A DNA stretch of 48,311 nt, from positions 596,230 through 644,540 of the forward strand of contig OZ246403.1 of NCBI GenBank assembly GCA_965230925.1, given 5' to 3'. The notes below the pieces were generated by a model. The model was not told where the DNA came from. It worked only from the letters and a program-made list of their open reading frames with translations, and did no database searches. Source of the DNA: an uncultured Candidatus Saccharibacteria bacterium. GTDB taxonomy: Bacteria > Patescibacteriota > Minisyncoccia > Phycocordibacterales > JACOZG01. The position numbers were made by a program, and so were the translations under genes. Positions 7,535 to 16,777 of the stretch are shown piece after piece. The first letter of the stretch is position 1, and the number at the start of each line of letters is the position of its first letter.

Positions 7535-7553
7535 TTTAGCATACCAGGCCAAA

Positions 7554-7862
7554 CTATACCGTACTCGCTTCAGTGTTTTTATCGCTTTTTTCGAGCGAGA
7601 AATCAAGTACCGGCAAAGTCTTCCACTTCAGTTTATCACGAAGCCACTCCCGCAGGTCGTGAAGACTGGCTCGTGATTGCGCGAGGGCTTCTTGATTCGC
7701 CCTCGCGGGGAAGATGGTTAAGAAGCAAATTGCTGTCTTGAAGTTCTCGGCCATCTCACACCGCGTGACGGTGATTAATTTGCCCGCTTGCTTGTTCTCA
7801 TTTAAGAACTGGGCCACCAGGTCGCGTAAGAGCGAGTTGGCTTGATCGTGTCGCTTGCTCAT
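7554..7862 (-). CDS. rbfA: ribosome-binding factor A
   Basis: 102 aa and immediately downstream of infB, the classical synteny. The pattern N-terminal R/Q..L...V..L, LITVTRCEM (TvT.vevs) and C-terminal LPVLDF fits RbfA. Confidence 0.75.
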   Translation of the reverse strand: MSKRHDQANSLLRDLVAQFLNENKQAGKLITVTRCEMAENFKTAICFLTIFPARANQEALAQSRASLHDLREWLRDKLKWKTLPVLDFSLEKSDKNTEASTV

Positions 7863-7865
7863 AGG

Positions 7866-9353
7866 TTATTGCTTCTCCACTAGTTGTACCGCTTCGATCA
7901 CATCGCCGGGTGCCACGGCAATCTTGGCTTCCAATAAAGCGCCAAATTGATTGCCACTTTCCACCGTCTTCACTTTATTTTTCTGTTGCTCCAGATTGGT
8001 GATTTTCCCTTGGCCAATCTCTGCGCCTCGACGGACGATTCGTAAATTTTGGCCCACGCTCACGCTGCCTTCGAGCACACTGCCGCCCACCACTTGTTTG
8101 CCCTTGTCTTGATTAAAAATTTTGAGAATCTTGGCCTGGCCCACTACTTCTTCCACCGTGATCTTCGGTCGGCGAGTTTTAATTTCTTCCACGAGCCACT
8201 CGCTGAGTTTATAAATAATGTCGAAGGTTTGAATTTTGATCCCCAGTTTTTCCGCCAATTGTTCCGCCGCCTTTTCCACCTTGGTGCGGAAGCCGAGAAT
8301 GAGAGAATTGCGCGAGGCGCTCGCGGCCTTCACATCGCTCTCGGTAATTTGGCCGGTGCCTTGACCCACCACTTTTAGCCCCACTTTATCATCATTAATT
8401 TTCCCAAGCTCTTTCTCAACGGCTTCGAGGCTGCCGCTTACATCGGCGCGCAACACGATCGGGATCGAAACTTCTTTTTCGATAGTTGTAGCGGCAGAAC
8501 TTTTTCCAGCGCCTTTAGCTGTTTTCAGTTCTTCAACTTTTTGTTCCGCCTCTTTTTTATCAGCGAAGGCGAAGAAATTTTGGCCTACTTCGGGGAGCAT
8601 GCTAAAGCCGCTAATAATTGCTGGCGCGGAGAAAGCTAGTTCAGTTGCATTTTTACCTAGGAAATCAGTGAGACGCTTGATGCGGAAGGTCTCGCCGCTA
8701 GTCGCTATAAAGTCGCGGGCCTGGAGAGTGCCATTTTTAATAATTACCGTGGCGGAGATGCCCGAGCGCGGATCGAGACTGGCCTCGAGCACAATGCCGG
8801 TAGCAGAATCCTTTGGTTCGCCGGTGAGACCGAGAATTTCCGCTTGCAGATTAATGAGTTCTAGAAGATCAGGAACACCTTCGCCGGTCTTGGCCGAAAT
8901 TGGGGTGAAGGGCACATCGCCGCCGTAACCTTCAACGAAAATATTATTCTCCGCGAGACTCTGTTTGGTGCGATCAATATTTGCTTCTGGTCGGTCAATT
9001 TTATTAATCGCGACAATGTAGGGCAATTTATTTTCGTTAATTGCTTGCCAGGCTTCCACGGTTTGCGGCTTCACACCGTCTTCCGCCGAAACCACGAGAA
9101 TGGCGATATCAGCGATCGCGGCACCACGCGCGCGGATGCCGGTGAAGGCATCGTGGCCGGGAGTGTCGATGAAGGTAATCTTTTTTCCGCCCGCAACCAC
9201 TTCATAAGCGGCGACGTGTTGGGTGATGCCGCCCGTCTCACCGGCGACCACATTGGATTTGCGGATATAGTCGAGCAAGGTCGATTTACCATGGTCGATG
9301 TGGCCCATGACGACAACTACCGGCGGTCGCGCTATAGTGTTAACCTTGGTCAT
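7866..9353 (-). CDS. infB: translation initiation factor IF-2 (short form)
   Basis: [20 protein letters not shown] (G1), DTPGH (G3), NKID (G4), then the C-terminal beta-barrel and C2 domains. At 495 aa it lacks the long N-terminal region of E. coli-type IF-2. Confidence 0.95.
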   Translation of the reverse strand: MTKVNTIARPPVVVVMGHIDHGKSTLLDYIRKSNVVAGETGGITQHVAAYEVVAGGKKITFIDTPGHDAFTGIRARGAAIADIAILVVSAEDGVKPQTVEAWQAINENKLPYIVAINKIDRPEANIDRTKQSLAENNIFVEGYGGDVPFTPISAKTGEGVPDLLELINLQAEILGLTGEPKDSATGIVLEASLDPRSGISATVIIKNGTLQARDFIATSGETFRIKRLTDFLGKNATELAFSAPAIISGFSMLPEVGQNFFAFADKKEAEQKVEELKTAKGAGKSSAATTIEKEVSIPIVLRADVSGSLEAVEKELGKINDDKVGLKVVGQGTGQITESDVKAASASRNSLILGFRTKVEKAAEQLAEKLGIKIQTFDIIYKLSEWLVEEIKTRRPKITVEEVVGQAKILKIFNQDKGKQVVGGSVLEGSVSVGQNLRIVRRGAEIGQGKITNLEQQKNKVKTVESGNQFGALLEAKIAVAPGDVIEAVQLVEKQ

Positions 9354-9395
9354 TTGAGGCCAAAATTATATCTTAACTAAGCCATTTTTGCAATT

Positions 9396-10463
9396 TTGCC
9401 TAAGAAAAAAAGAATTTATTTAGACATGGCGGCAGGCCACGCCAATCCATCCAGTCTTCATGCTGAAGGTTTAGTCGCGCGAGCAAAATTAGAAACCGCG
9501 CGGAAGCAAATCGCGGATTTTTTGAATGCCCGCCCTTCAGAAATCATTTTCACCAGCGGCGGGACGGAGAGTAATAATCTGGCGGTGTTTGGCTTGGCAC
9601 GCCGAAGCTCCGGCGAAGGCGGCCCACATTTTGTAACGACAAAACTCGAACACGCTTCAGTCCTTGAGCCAGCCAAGAAATTAAATACGAGTTATGTGGA
9701 AACTGACGCGGATGGTTTTGTCGATCTTAAAAGTTTGCGCGACGCTTTGCGACCAGAGACCACTCTCGCCTCAATTATTTATGCGCACAATGAAACAGGG
9801 ACGATTCAGCACGCTGCAGAAATTGCAAAAGTGGTTCGGCAATTTCGGAAGCAGAATAATTCGGCGACACCTTACTTACACTTCGACGCTTGCCAAGCCA
9901 CGCGCTACTTGGATCTCAATGTGGCGCGGCTTGGTGTGGATCTTCTTACTATCAATGGGGCGAAGATTGGTGTGCTGGGCGTGGGTGTGCTGTATGTAAA
10001 AGCTGGGACACCGCTTGAGTCAATTATGCTCGGCGGTGGTCAAGAGCGCGGTTTGCGATCAGGAACGGAAAACGTTCCGGCTATCGCGGCTTTTGGTGCA
10101 GCGCTTGAAAAAATTGCCAGAGAACGTGAAAAAGTTACGGCAAACATGATTAAGCTCCGCGATTACTTTATTAAACAATTACTGAAATTTCCCGGCACCA
10201 AACTCAATGGCCACCCGGCCGAGCGTTTGCCAAATAATATCAATGTCACTTTTGCCGACATCGAAGCCGAACAACTTGTACTCGAACTCGACGCTAAGGG
10301 TATCGCCGTTTCCTCCGGCAGTGCTTGCGCCACCAACCTTGACTCGAGTGCTATAATGAATGGTGTGAGATTTAGTTTAGCGCCAGAAACCACTAAGGTC
10401 GATTTAGATTATGTGTTGAAAGTATTGCCGCCAATTCTCGATCGATTGAGAAAGTTTAAATGA
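9396..10463 (+). CDS. cysteine desulfurase (NifS/IscS-like, class V aminotransferase)
   Basis: IYLD start motif, SGGTESNN, DACQA, PLP-lysine region INGAKIGVLGVGVLYV and active-site SSGSACAT. I chose the TTG start because it keeps the conserved IYLD. ATG 9427 is the alternative. Confidence 0.85.
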   Translation: MPKKKRIYLDMAAGHANPSSLHAEGLVARAKLETARKQIADFLNARPSEIIFTSGGTESNNLAVFGLARRSSGEGGPHFVTTKLEHASVLEPAKKLNTSYVETDADGFVDLKSLRDALRPETTLASIIYAHNETGTIQHAAEIAKVVRQFRKQNNSATPYLHFDACQATRYLDLNVARLGVDLLTINGAKIGVLGVGVLYVKAGTPLESIMLGGGQERGLRSGTENVPAIAAFGAALEKIAREREKVTANMIKLRDYFIKQLLKFPGTKLNGHPAERLPNNINVTFADIEAEQLVLELDAKGIAVSSGSACATNLDSSAIMNGVRFSLAPETTKVDLDYVLKVLPPILDRLRKFK

Positions 10464-11005
10464 AAAAATATTTTTTGATTGTTCTCATTGTTCTTGTTTT
10501 GTTTGGTTTGTTGTACTGGTGGCAAAATGTAAACGTTCCAAAACCACCGCGTATTACTGACCCCGATGGTGATATAACAGCTTGGCAAACATACCGCAAC
10601 GAGAAGTATGGATTTGAGTTTAAATATCCTAGTGGTTGGGAAACACCGATTGAAAAAAACGGTAGAGTTTCAATTGGAATTGCAAGCCCAGAAAATTATA
10701 GTGGTAAGAAACTGGAAATCACTATTGTAGATGGAAAAGGGAAAACTTTAGATCAAGAAATGGCAGATTTGAATTCAGAACCGTATATTAGTCTAAGCAA
10801 TATCGAGGACACTTTTCTCGACAGTGTTGAAGCCAAGCAGTTTGTGGAAAATCGGCAGGGAGGATTTGTTGCCACTAATTTGTATGTAGTGAAGGGCCAA
10901 TATTTCTATAAAATTTGGTACGGAAACCGCCTCAACACTGATCCTGTACCAGAAGCCGAACTTCAAGTGAAGAATATTCTTTCCACTTTTCGCTTTATCA
11001 ATTAA
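10460..11005 (+). CDS. hypothetical secreted/membrane-anchored protein
   Basis: N-terminal TM/signal YFLIVLIVLVLFGLLYWW, then W.TY.NEKYGFEFKYPSGWE. ATGA overlap with the upstream gene. Confidence 0.6.
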   Translation: MKKYFLIVLIVLVLFGLLYWWQNVNVPKPPRITDPDGDITAWQTYRNEKYGFEFKYPSGWETPIEKNGRVSIGIASPENYSGKKLEITIVDGKGKTLDQEMADLNSEPYISLSNIEDTFLDSVEAKQFVENRQGGFVATNLYVVKGQYFYKIWYGNRLNTDPVPEAELQVKNILSTFRFIN

Positions 11006-11017
11006 GTTATAAATAAT

Positions 11018-11551
11018 ATGCACACACTACCAAAATTAAATTATAGTTACGACGCGATTGAGCCGGCGATTGATGCGAAGACGATGGAGATTCATTATAC
11101 GAAGCATCATCAGACGTATGTTGATAAGCTGAACGCGGCGCTCGAGAAGTATCCCGAGTTGCAAACTAAAACCGTGGAAGAATTGTTAAAAGGTTTAAGT
11201 ACTGTGCCGGAAGATATTCGCGGCGCGGTGCGCAATCATGGCGGCGGGCATTGGAACCACAGCTTCTTTTGGCAAATTTTGGATCCTAAAACTGAACGTG
11301 TGGCTTTAAGCGATGAGTTGAAAATGAAGTTCAAAACCGCGGCCCTCGGCCACTTCGGTTCCGGTTGGGTCTGGCTGGTGAAGGGTAGTGATGGACTTGA
11401 GGTGATGACAACCGCCAATCAAGACAGCCCAATTTCGCAAGGATTAGAGCCAGTTTTGAGCCTCGATCTCTGGGAACATGCTTATTATCTTAAGTATCAG
11501 AATCGTCGCGCCGAGTATGTTGACGCCCTATTAAATTATTGGTATAAGTAG
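11018..11551 (+). CDS. Fe/Mn superoxide dismutase
   Basis: [37 protein letters not shown] and [15 protein letters not shown]. All four metal-ligand regions are present. Confidence 0.95.
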   Translation: MHTLPKLNYSYDAIEPAIDAKTMEIHYTKHHQTYVDKLNAALEKYPELQTKTVEELLKGLSTVPEDIRGAVRNHGGGHWNHSFFWQILDPKTERVALSDELKMKFKTAALGHFGSGWVWLVKGSDGLEVMTTANQDSPISQGLEPVLSLDLWEHAYYLKYQNRRAEYVDALLNYWYK

Positions 11552-11560
11552 GAAAAATAA

Positions 11561-14269
11561 ATGCCACCATATCGAAATTTCACAACCAAGGCCAAGGAGG
11601 TGATTCGGCGGATGCAAGAGCTCGCGATTGAACGCGGGCAAAATCAGGTGAGTCCGTTGCACTTACTCGCGGCAATGTTGCTTCAAGAAGAAAGCGTTTT
11701 GGTTTCCGTTCTCGAGAAAATTGAGGTCGACACCATGATGCTTAGCGAGCATGTGATTGAGCGGCTTGAAGGCGCCGGCGAGATGGGCAATGTGCTCACT
11801 CCTTCGTACCAGATGTATCTCACGCCGGAGCTGGTTCGCGTTCTTGATTCTTCAGCCAAGATTGCCGCTAGCCTGCAAGATGAGTTTGTGTCGACCGAGC
11901 ACTTGATTCTTGGTTTGCTTGAGAATCCAAATCCAGCGCATGAAATTTTAAATCGTTTCCGAGTGAATAAAGACCTTGTCTTGCGTGTGCTCCAAGAAGT
12001 GCGGACGAGTAAGGTGCGTGAGATGGATCAGCCAAAGAAACTTAAGTCGATTGAGAAATTTACCAAGAATTTAACGACGCTGGCGCGGGCCGACAAGCTC
12101 GACCCGGTGATTGGTCGCGAAGAAGAAATTCAGCGCTTGATGCAAATTCTCTCGCGCCGGACGAAGAATAATCCGATTTTGATTGGCGAAGCAGGAACAG
12201 GAAAAACAGCGATTGCCGAAGGTCTCGCTAATAAGATTGTGCGCGGCGACGTGCCCGAGAGTTTGCGCGATAAAGAAATTGTTTCGCTTGACCTCGGACT
12301 TCTCGTGGCCGGGACGAAGTATCGCGGTGAGTTCGAAGAGCGACTCAAAAATATTTTGAAAGAAATTGAGAAGGCCGCTGGGAAAATTATTCTTTTTATT
12401 GACGAAATTCATACTCTTGTCGGTGCGGGTGCGGCTGAAGGCGCGATGGACGCCTCTAATATGCTGAAGCCCGCTCTCGCGCGTGGTGAACTCCGCGCGA
12501 TTGGGGCCACAACGCTGAAGGAATATCAGAAGCATATTGAGCGCGATCAAGCTCTGACGCGTCGCTTCCAACCCGTGTACGTGGAAGAGCCGTCGGTAGA
12601 AGATGCGATCACGATTCTTCGCGGTCTTAAGGAGCGGTATGAAGCTCATCATGGAATTCATATTACTGATAGCGCTATTGTGGCGGCGGTAAATCTCTCG
12701 AGTCGTTACATTGCCGATCGCTTTTTGCCCGATAAGGCGATTGACCTGGTGGATGAAGCGGCTTCGGCTTTGCGCTTGCATCTGGAGAATAAACCTCCAG
12801 CTCTCGAAGAAGCTCATACCAAAATTCGTCGTCTGGAAGTGGAGCGTGAAGCTCTTAAGAAAGAACTCTCGATTGCTGACGACAAAGAAGCCAAAAATCG
12901 GATTAAAGAAATTGAAAAAATAGTGAGTGAGCTGCGGGAAGGCACGAGCGAGCTCGAGCTTAAGTGGAAAAACGAGAAAGAAGTGATCGCCGAGCTCAAG
13001 AGCTTGAAGCGAGAATTTGAAGCGGCGCGCCTTGAGGCCGAGCAAGCCGAGGCTCGTGGTGATCTCGCCCACACGGCGGAAATTCGCTATGGCCGGATGC
13101 CCGAGATTGAGAAGAATCTCAAAGCGCGCGACGTGAAGTTGAAGCGCTTACAAGGCTCTCGCCGTATCTTGAAAGAACAAGTGACGGAAGAAGATATTGC
13201 GAAGGTGGTGGCGCGTTGGACGCATGTGCCCGTGACCAAGATGCTTGAGAGCGAGGCGGAGAAGTTAATCAATATGCAAGATGTGCTCCGCGAGCGGGTG
13301 CGCGGTCAAGATGAAGCGCTTCAGAAAATTAGTGAAGCCGTGAAGCGATCGCGGGCGGGGATCAATGATCCAGACCGACCGATTGGCTCCTTCATTTTCC
13401 TCGGGCCAACGGGTGTGGGTAAGACGGAGCTCGCGCGGACGCTCTCGCAGTTTATGTTTAATGATGAGAAGGCACTGATTCGCATCGACATGAGCGAGTA
13501 CATGGAGAAATATAGTGTCTCTAAACTCATTGGCTCACCGCCCGGATACGTGGGTTATGAGGAGGGCGGCACTCTTACCGAGATGGTGCGTCACCGGCCG
13601 TACTCGGTCTTACTCTTCGACGAAATCGAGAAAGCGCATCCAGAAGTGTTCAATATTCTGCTCCAGGTGCTCGACAATGGTCGGCTCACGGACTCGAAGG
13701 GGCGGACGGTCAACTTCAAAAACACGATTATTATCCTCACTTCCAATATTGGTTCTAACTTTATCAACCAAGCACAGCGCATTGGCTTTAGCACCGCGGA
13801 ATCAAAAGAGAAGGATCAGCAAGCGGCGTATGAGGATGCGAAGACCAGAATTATGGATAGTCTCAAGGGTTACTTCCGCCCGGAGTTCTTAAACCGGCTC
13901 GATGATATTATTGCGTTTAACCTTCTTTCACCTGCGACTATTCGCGAAATTGTGGAAATTCAGACTAAGTATGTGGAGAAGCGCTTGGCGCAGAAGAAGA
14001 TTGAGCTTGAGGTGACGCCGGAAGCACTCGACCTCCTTGGCCGCGAGGGCTACAGCGCGCAATATGGCGTGCGCCCGCTGAAGCGCTTGATCCAGAGCAA
14101 GGTGCTGAACCCGGTGGCCGAGCTTATCATTAGTCGCAAACTCGAGCATGGTGGGACGGTCTCGCTTGGACTAAAGGAGGGTCAACTTAATTTAGAACTC
14201 AAGAAGGTCAATCGCCCCAGCCGCGCTAAAGTCTCGCTCGACAAAGAGGCGGAAACCGTTCGAGTCTAA
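11561..14269 (+). CDS. clpB: ClpB disaggregase (Hsp100 AAA+ chaperone)
   Basis: Clp_N repeats, NBD1 Walker A GEAGTGKT and Walker B ILFIDEIH, a long coiled-coil M-domain, and NBD2 GPTGVGKT / [10 protein letters not shown]. 902 aa. Confidence 0.95.
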   Translation: MPPYRNFTTKAKEVIRRMQELAIERGQNQVSPLHLLAAMLLQEESVLVSVLEKIEVDTMMLSEHVIERLEGAGEMGNVLTPSYQMYLTPELVRVLDSSAKIAASLQDEFVSTEHLILGLLENPNPAHEILNRFRVNKDLVLRVLQEVRTSKVREMDQPKKLKSIEKFTKNLTTLARADKLDPVIGREEEIQRLMQILSRRTKNNPILIGEAGTGKTAIAEGLANKIVRGDVPESLRDKEIVSLDLGLLVAGTKYRGEFEERLKNILKEIEKAAGKIILFIDEIHTLVGAGAAEGAMDASNMLKPALARGELRAIGATTLKEYQKHIERDQALTRRFQPVYVEEPSVEDAITILRGLKERYEAHHGIHITDSAIVAAVNLSSRYIADRFLPDKAIDLVDEAASALRLHLENKPPALEEAHTKIRRLEVEREALKKELSIADDKEAKNRIKEIEKIVSELREGTSELELKWKNEKEVIAELKSLKREFEAARLEAEQAEARGDLAHTAEIRYGRMPEIEKNLKARDVKLKRLQGSRRILKEQVTEEDIAKVVARWTHVPVTKMLESEAEKLINMQDVLRERVRGQDEALQKISEAVKRSRAGINDPDRPIGSFIFLGPTGVGKTELARTLSQFMFNDEKALIRIDMSEYMEKYSVSKLIGSPPGYVGYEEGGTLTEMVRHRPYSVLLFDEIEKAHPEVFNILLQVLDNGRLTDSKGRTVNFKNTIIILTSNIGSNFINQAQRIGFSTAESKEKDQQAAYEDAKTRIMDSLKGYFRPEFLNRLDDIIAFNLLSPATIREIVEIQTKYVEKRLAQKKIELEVTPEALDLLGREGYSAQYGVRPLKRLIQSKVLNPVAELIISRKLEHGGTVSLGLKEGQLNLELKKVNRPSRAKVSLDKEAETVRV

Positions 14270-14275
14270 TAATTG

Positions 14276-14359
14276 TGCGCAGGGAGGGATTCGAACCCCC
14301 GTAGCCCAAAGGGCGAGAGATTTACAGTCTCTTGCAATTGACCACTCTGCCACCTGCGC
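14276..14359 (-). tRNA. tRNA-Tyr (anticodon GUA)
   Basis: Acceptor GCGCAGG/CCTGCGC, anticodon loop CTGTAAA, long variable arm (bacterial Tyr type), T-loop TTCGAAT. Confidence 0.85.
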
Positions 14360-14389
14360 GTGAGCTAATCCTAGCGGAAAAGGCAAAGC

Positions 14390-14418
14390 TTGTCATCTGC
14401 CCTTATTTATATTAATCT
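14390..14418 (+). promoter_or_regulatory. sigma70-like promoter of rpmG (predicted leaderless)
   Basis: TTGTCA (14390-14395), 17-nt spacer, TAATCT (14413-14418). The ATG at 14426 lies 7 nt after the -10, and there is no SD. Confidence 0.5.
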
Positions 14419-14425
14419 AACCCCC

Positions 14426-14584
14426 ATGTCACAAGATCAACTGATAAAGCTCGCCTGCTCTAAGTGCAAGCGGATCAATTATTGGAGCCGGAAGAACCGG
14501 AAGAAAGTTGAGCGCAAAATTGAGCTCAAGAAGTTTTGCCGATGGTGCAAGAAGCACACGACTCATAAAGAGGCGAAGAAGTAG
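14426..14584 (+). CDS. rpmG: 50S ribosomal protein L33 (zinc-ribbon type)
   Basis: CSKCKRINY...KKFCRWCKKHTTHKEAK with two CxxC pairs. Start moved to the internal ATG at 14426, giving 52 aa, the typical L33 length. Confidence 0.85.
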   Translation: MSQDQLIKLACSKCKRINYWSRKNRKKVERKIELKKFCRWCKKHTTHKEAKK

Positions 14585-14600
14585 TGTTTTTGGTACACTG

Positions 14601-15461
14601 ATGGGTATGAAAAATAATACCCTAAAGTTTTTTCTTTGCGTTGCCTTTTTGGCTAGTATGCTGGTGCCTTGGGAGACCTCGGCCCTTTCTTGTGTCTACT
14701 CCGTTCCAGTTATTGGCCGAGTAAAGAGCTTGGTTCCAAGTGCCCACGATTCATCCGGTTTGTCCATGGATATTACGCTAAGTGACCCCCATTCTTTTTC
14801 AGGTGACGGTTTGCATCAAAAAGGAGTTTATTCCATCGACAAATATCAAAACCTAGTCTCCGATTATTTGGAGAATAATGTTGGTGGTTTAATAGTGGTC
14901 CCGACGGAGGCGGTAGAAGCAAAAGGGGTAGTTTCTTTCAGGATTTGGAGTGAAATTGGTAATCTAAAACCAGAGATTGGTGATGTTTTAGTTAAGGGTC
15001 AACCTGGCGGACCCTGTGGTCAGGGTTTTACTATTATTTTTAACAGCGACGGGGAAATTAAATTCGCTGTTGTTCAGGCTGGGTATGAAGATTTTTCCTA
15101 TGCCAACACCTCACTGGTTGTTAATCCGGGAAAAGAAATCTCTTGTAAAAATGATTCAGTTTGTAAAGTCAACACATCTTATTCTGTTAACGGCCAACAA
15201 TTTGAATTGTCGACCGGTGAAACAAAAAACTTTTCTTCCGGACCGATTAAGTGGATAACTCTAAACGAGAGTTCAAATTATAAAGTTGGAGGAAAAAAAG
15301 TTTTTGATTGGGGTTTCGGTAGTTATTCCCGTTATGCCATTGGGTTTAATAGTCAAACAGATGTTGTCCCAGCACAAAACAATCCCACCTTACCACAACA
15401 AAATAGCCTCCTTCGATTATTACTTATAAGAATTGCTGAGCTTTTGAACAGGAACCAATAA
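14601..15461 (+). CDS. hypothetical secreted protein
   Basis: Start moved to ATG 14601 so the protein begins with the signal peptide MGMKNNTLKFFLCVAFLASMLVPWETSALS. The track's upstream extension overlaps rpmG. No recognisable family. Confidence 0.55.
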   Translation: MGMKNNTLKFFLCVAFLASMLVPWETSALSCVYSVPVIGRVKSLVPSAHDSSGLSMDITLSDPHSFSGDGLHQKGVYSIDKYQNLVSDYLENNVGGLIVVPTEAVEAKGVVSFRIWSEIGNLKPEIGDVLVKGQPGGPCGQGFTIIFNSDGEIKFAVVQAGYEDFSYANTSLVVNPGKEISCKNDSVCKVNTSYSVNGQQFELSTGETKNFSSGPIKWITLNESSNYKVGGKKVFDWGFGSYSRYAIGFNSQTDVVPAQNNPTLPQQNSLLRLLLIRIAELLNRNQ

Positions 15462-15476
15462 TTATAGAATTACCTG

Positions 15477-15548
15477 CGGGTCCACCCCGACTCGAACGGG
15501 GAACTTCGGTTTTGGAGACCGACGTTTTACCATTGAAACTATAGACCC
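15477..15548 (-). tRNA. tRNA-Trp (anticodon CCA)
   Basis: Acceptor GGGTCTA/TGGACCC, anticodon arm TCGGT-CTCCAAA-ACCGA, T-arm CCCCG-TTCGAGT-CGGGG, discriminator G. It overlaps the miaA stop by ~10 nt. Confidence 0.85.
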
Positions 15549-16420
15549 GTGAGCGCCATCTTAGCTTGAGTTTCGTTTTTTATCCAGTGAATTCTCTTGT
15601 CGCGCTTAAACCAGGTGAGCTGGCGCTTGGCATAGTGCCAAATCTCGGTATTTAGTTTTTCGACCATTTCTTTCTTACTCAATTTCCCTTGCAGATAAAG
15701 CGCAGCGAATTTGTATTCGAGGCCGAAAGACTCAAGTCGAGCCCAAGAAATTTTATCTTTCTCGTGCAAGTTTTTTACTTCTTCAATCAAGCCTTGCTTG
15801 AGCCTTTTCGCGAGACGCAACTTAATTTTCTTTTTTAGAATTTCTGGTTCGGGGTTAAGACCAATTTGGATAAAATCGTAGGGGGAATTGGTGGTAGCAA
15901 GTTTTGGTGTTTTGCCGAGCGCTGTGGCGATTTCAATTGCTCTGATTAAACGATGCGGATTTTTAGCGTCAATGCTCTTGGCGCGATCAGAGTCGAGTTC
16001 TTCTAAAATTTTAAATAATTCAGCGGGGGATTTTTTGACTAATTCAGTCCGGAGTTTTTTGTTTGGCGCCACTTCGGGAAAAATAGTACCGTCGACAATA
16101 GCTTGAATATAAAAACCCGTGCCGCCACAGATAATCGGCAACTTGTCGCGTTTGAGAATCTCTTTAATTTTCTGATTCGCCAATTTCTGATACCGCGCTA
16201 CGCTAAACTGTTGCTTCGGATCCGCGACATCCAGCAAGTGATGCGCCACTCCCTTCATTTCCGCTGCCGTAATTTTCCCGCTCCCAATATCCAAACCTCG
16301 ATAAACCTGCCTTGAATCAGCGGAGATTATTTCGCCATTAAATTTCTTCGCTAGCTTAACCGCCAGCGCACTTTTCCCACTCGCCGTGGGCCCGAGAATG
16401 ACGAGAACTTTTGGTTTCAT
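15539..16420 (-). CDS. miaA: tRNA dimethylallyltransferase
   Basis: P-loop VILGPTASGKSALAV, then DSRQVYRGLDIGSGK. Start set at ATG 16420 (MKPKVLVI) because the longer track ORF runs antisense through tRNA-Arg. Confidence 0.9.
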   Translation of the reverse strand: MKPKVLVILGPTASGKSALAVKLAKKFNGEIISADSRQVYRGLDIGSGKITAAEMKGVAHHLLDVADPKQQFSVARYQKLANQKIKEILKRDKLPIICGGTGFYIQAIVDGTIFPEVAPNKKLRTELVKKSPAELFKILEELDSDRAKSIDAKNPHRLIRAIEIATALGKTPKLATTNSPYDFIQIGLNPEPEILKKKIKLRLAKRLKQGLIEEVKNLHEKDKISWARLESFGLEYKFAALYLQGKLSKKEMVEKLNTEIWHYAKRQLTWFKRDKRIHWIKNETQAKMALTGL

Positions 16421-16425
16421 ACTTC

Positions 16426-16500
16426 TGGTGTCCCCGGCAGGAATCGAACCTGCAGCTCGAGCTTCGGAGGCCCGTGTTTTATCCATTAGACTACGGGGAC
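16426..16500 (-). tRNA. tRNA-Arg (anticodon CCG), CCA encoded
   Basis: Acceptor GTCCCCG/CGGGGAC, anticodon arm CGGGC-CTCCGAA-GCTCG, T-arm GCAGG-TTCGATT-CCTGC, 3' ACCA. Confidence 0.85.
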
Positions 16501-16532
16501 TTAATTTACGATAACCTTATCACATTTATTGT

Positions 16533-16619
16533 GGCCCGTGTTTCCCATTAGATCCCGACGTTCCGATTGACTGGATCGGAAGTCGGGACCCCGACCTACT
16601 GCGTCGGGGCTACGGGGAC
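16533..16619 (-). pseudogene. 5'-partial tRNA-Arg pseudo-copy interrupted by a 57-nt double-hairpin insert
   Basis: 16610-16619 is identical to 16491-16500 (GTCCCCGTAG). 16533-16552 closely matches 16469-16490 (TCTAATGG.AAACACGGGCC). The insert at 16553-16609 folds as CCCCGAC-GCAGTAG-GTCGGGG plus TCCCGAC/TTCCGAT-CCAGTCA-ATCGGAA/GTCGGGA. The anticodon loop, T-arm and 3' acceptor strand are all absent. Confidence 0.65.
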
Positions 16620-16628
16620 AATTTTCTT

Positions 16629-16713
16629 TGGTGCCGGAGGTGGGACTTGAACCCACACCCCTTGCGAGACACGATTTTGAGTCGTGCGCGTCTGCCAATT
16701 CCGCCACTCCGGC
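16629..16713 (-). tRNA. tRNA-Leu (anticodon CAA), CCA encoded
   Basis: Acceptor GCCGGAG/CTCCGGC, anticodon arm CACGA-CTCAAAA-TCGTG, long variable arm, T-loop TTCAAGT, 3' ACCA. Confidence 0.9.
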
Positions 16714-16777
16714 TTGTATACTAGCCATATCCTACCCACTTTCTCCCCCAAAATCAATTTATGCTAAAATTAGCGCA

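Noticed and set aside
7352-7741. 129-aa + strand ORF (MVPGVGIEPTSLARHDFKSC...). Similar ORFs occur at 16628-16777 (the 5' extension of parB), 16501-16728 (-), 6793-6987 (-) and 14192-14386 (-).
   Set aside because: They are translations across or antisense to tRNA genes. The GIEPT/GLEPT peptides are the classic artefact of reading a tRNA T-arm. No RBS is present, and they overlap well-supported tRNA, rbfA or parB calls.
12071-13072. Long antisense ORFs inside strongly supported genes. These are 333 aa opposite clpB, 261 aa opposite parB (16754-17539), 223 aa opposite the AAA+ gene (25485-26156), 241 aa opposite the DEAD-box helicase (41215-41940) and 177 aa opposite dprA (20741-21274).
   Set aside because: The sense strands carry unmistakable family motifs. 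The antisense products are low-complexity (Arg/Ser/Leu-rich) with no motifs. Long shadow ORFs of this kind are expected in moderately GC-rich coding DNA.
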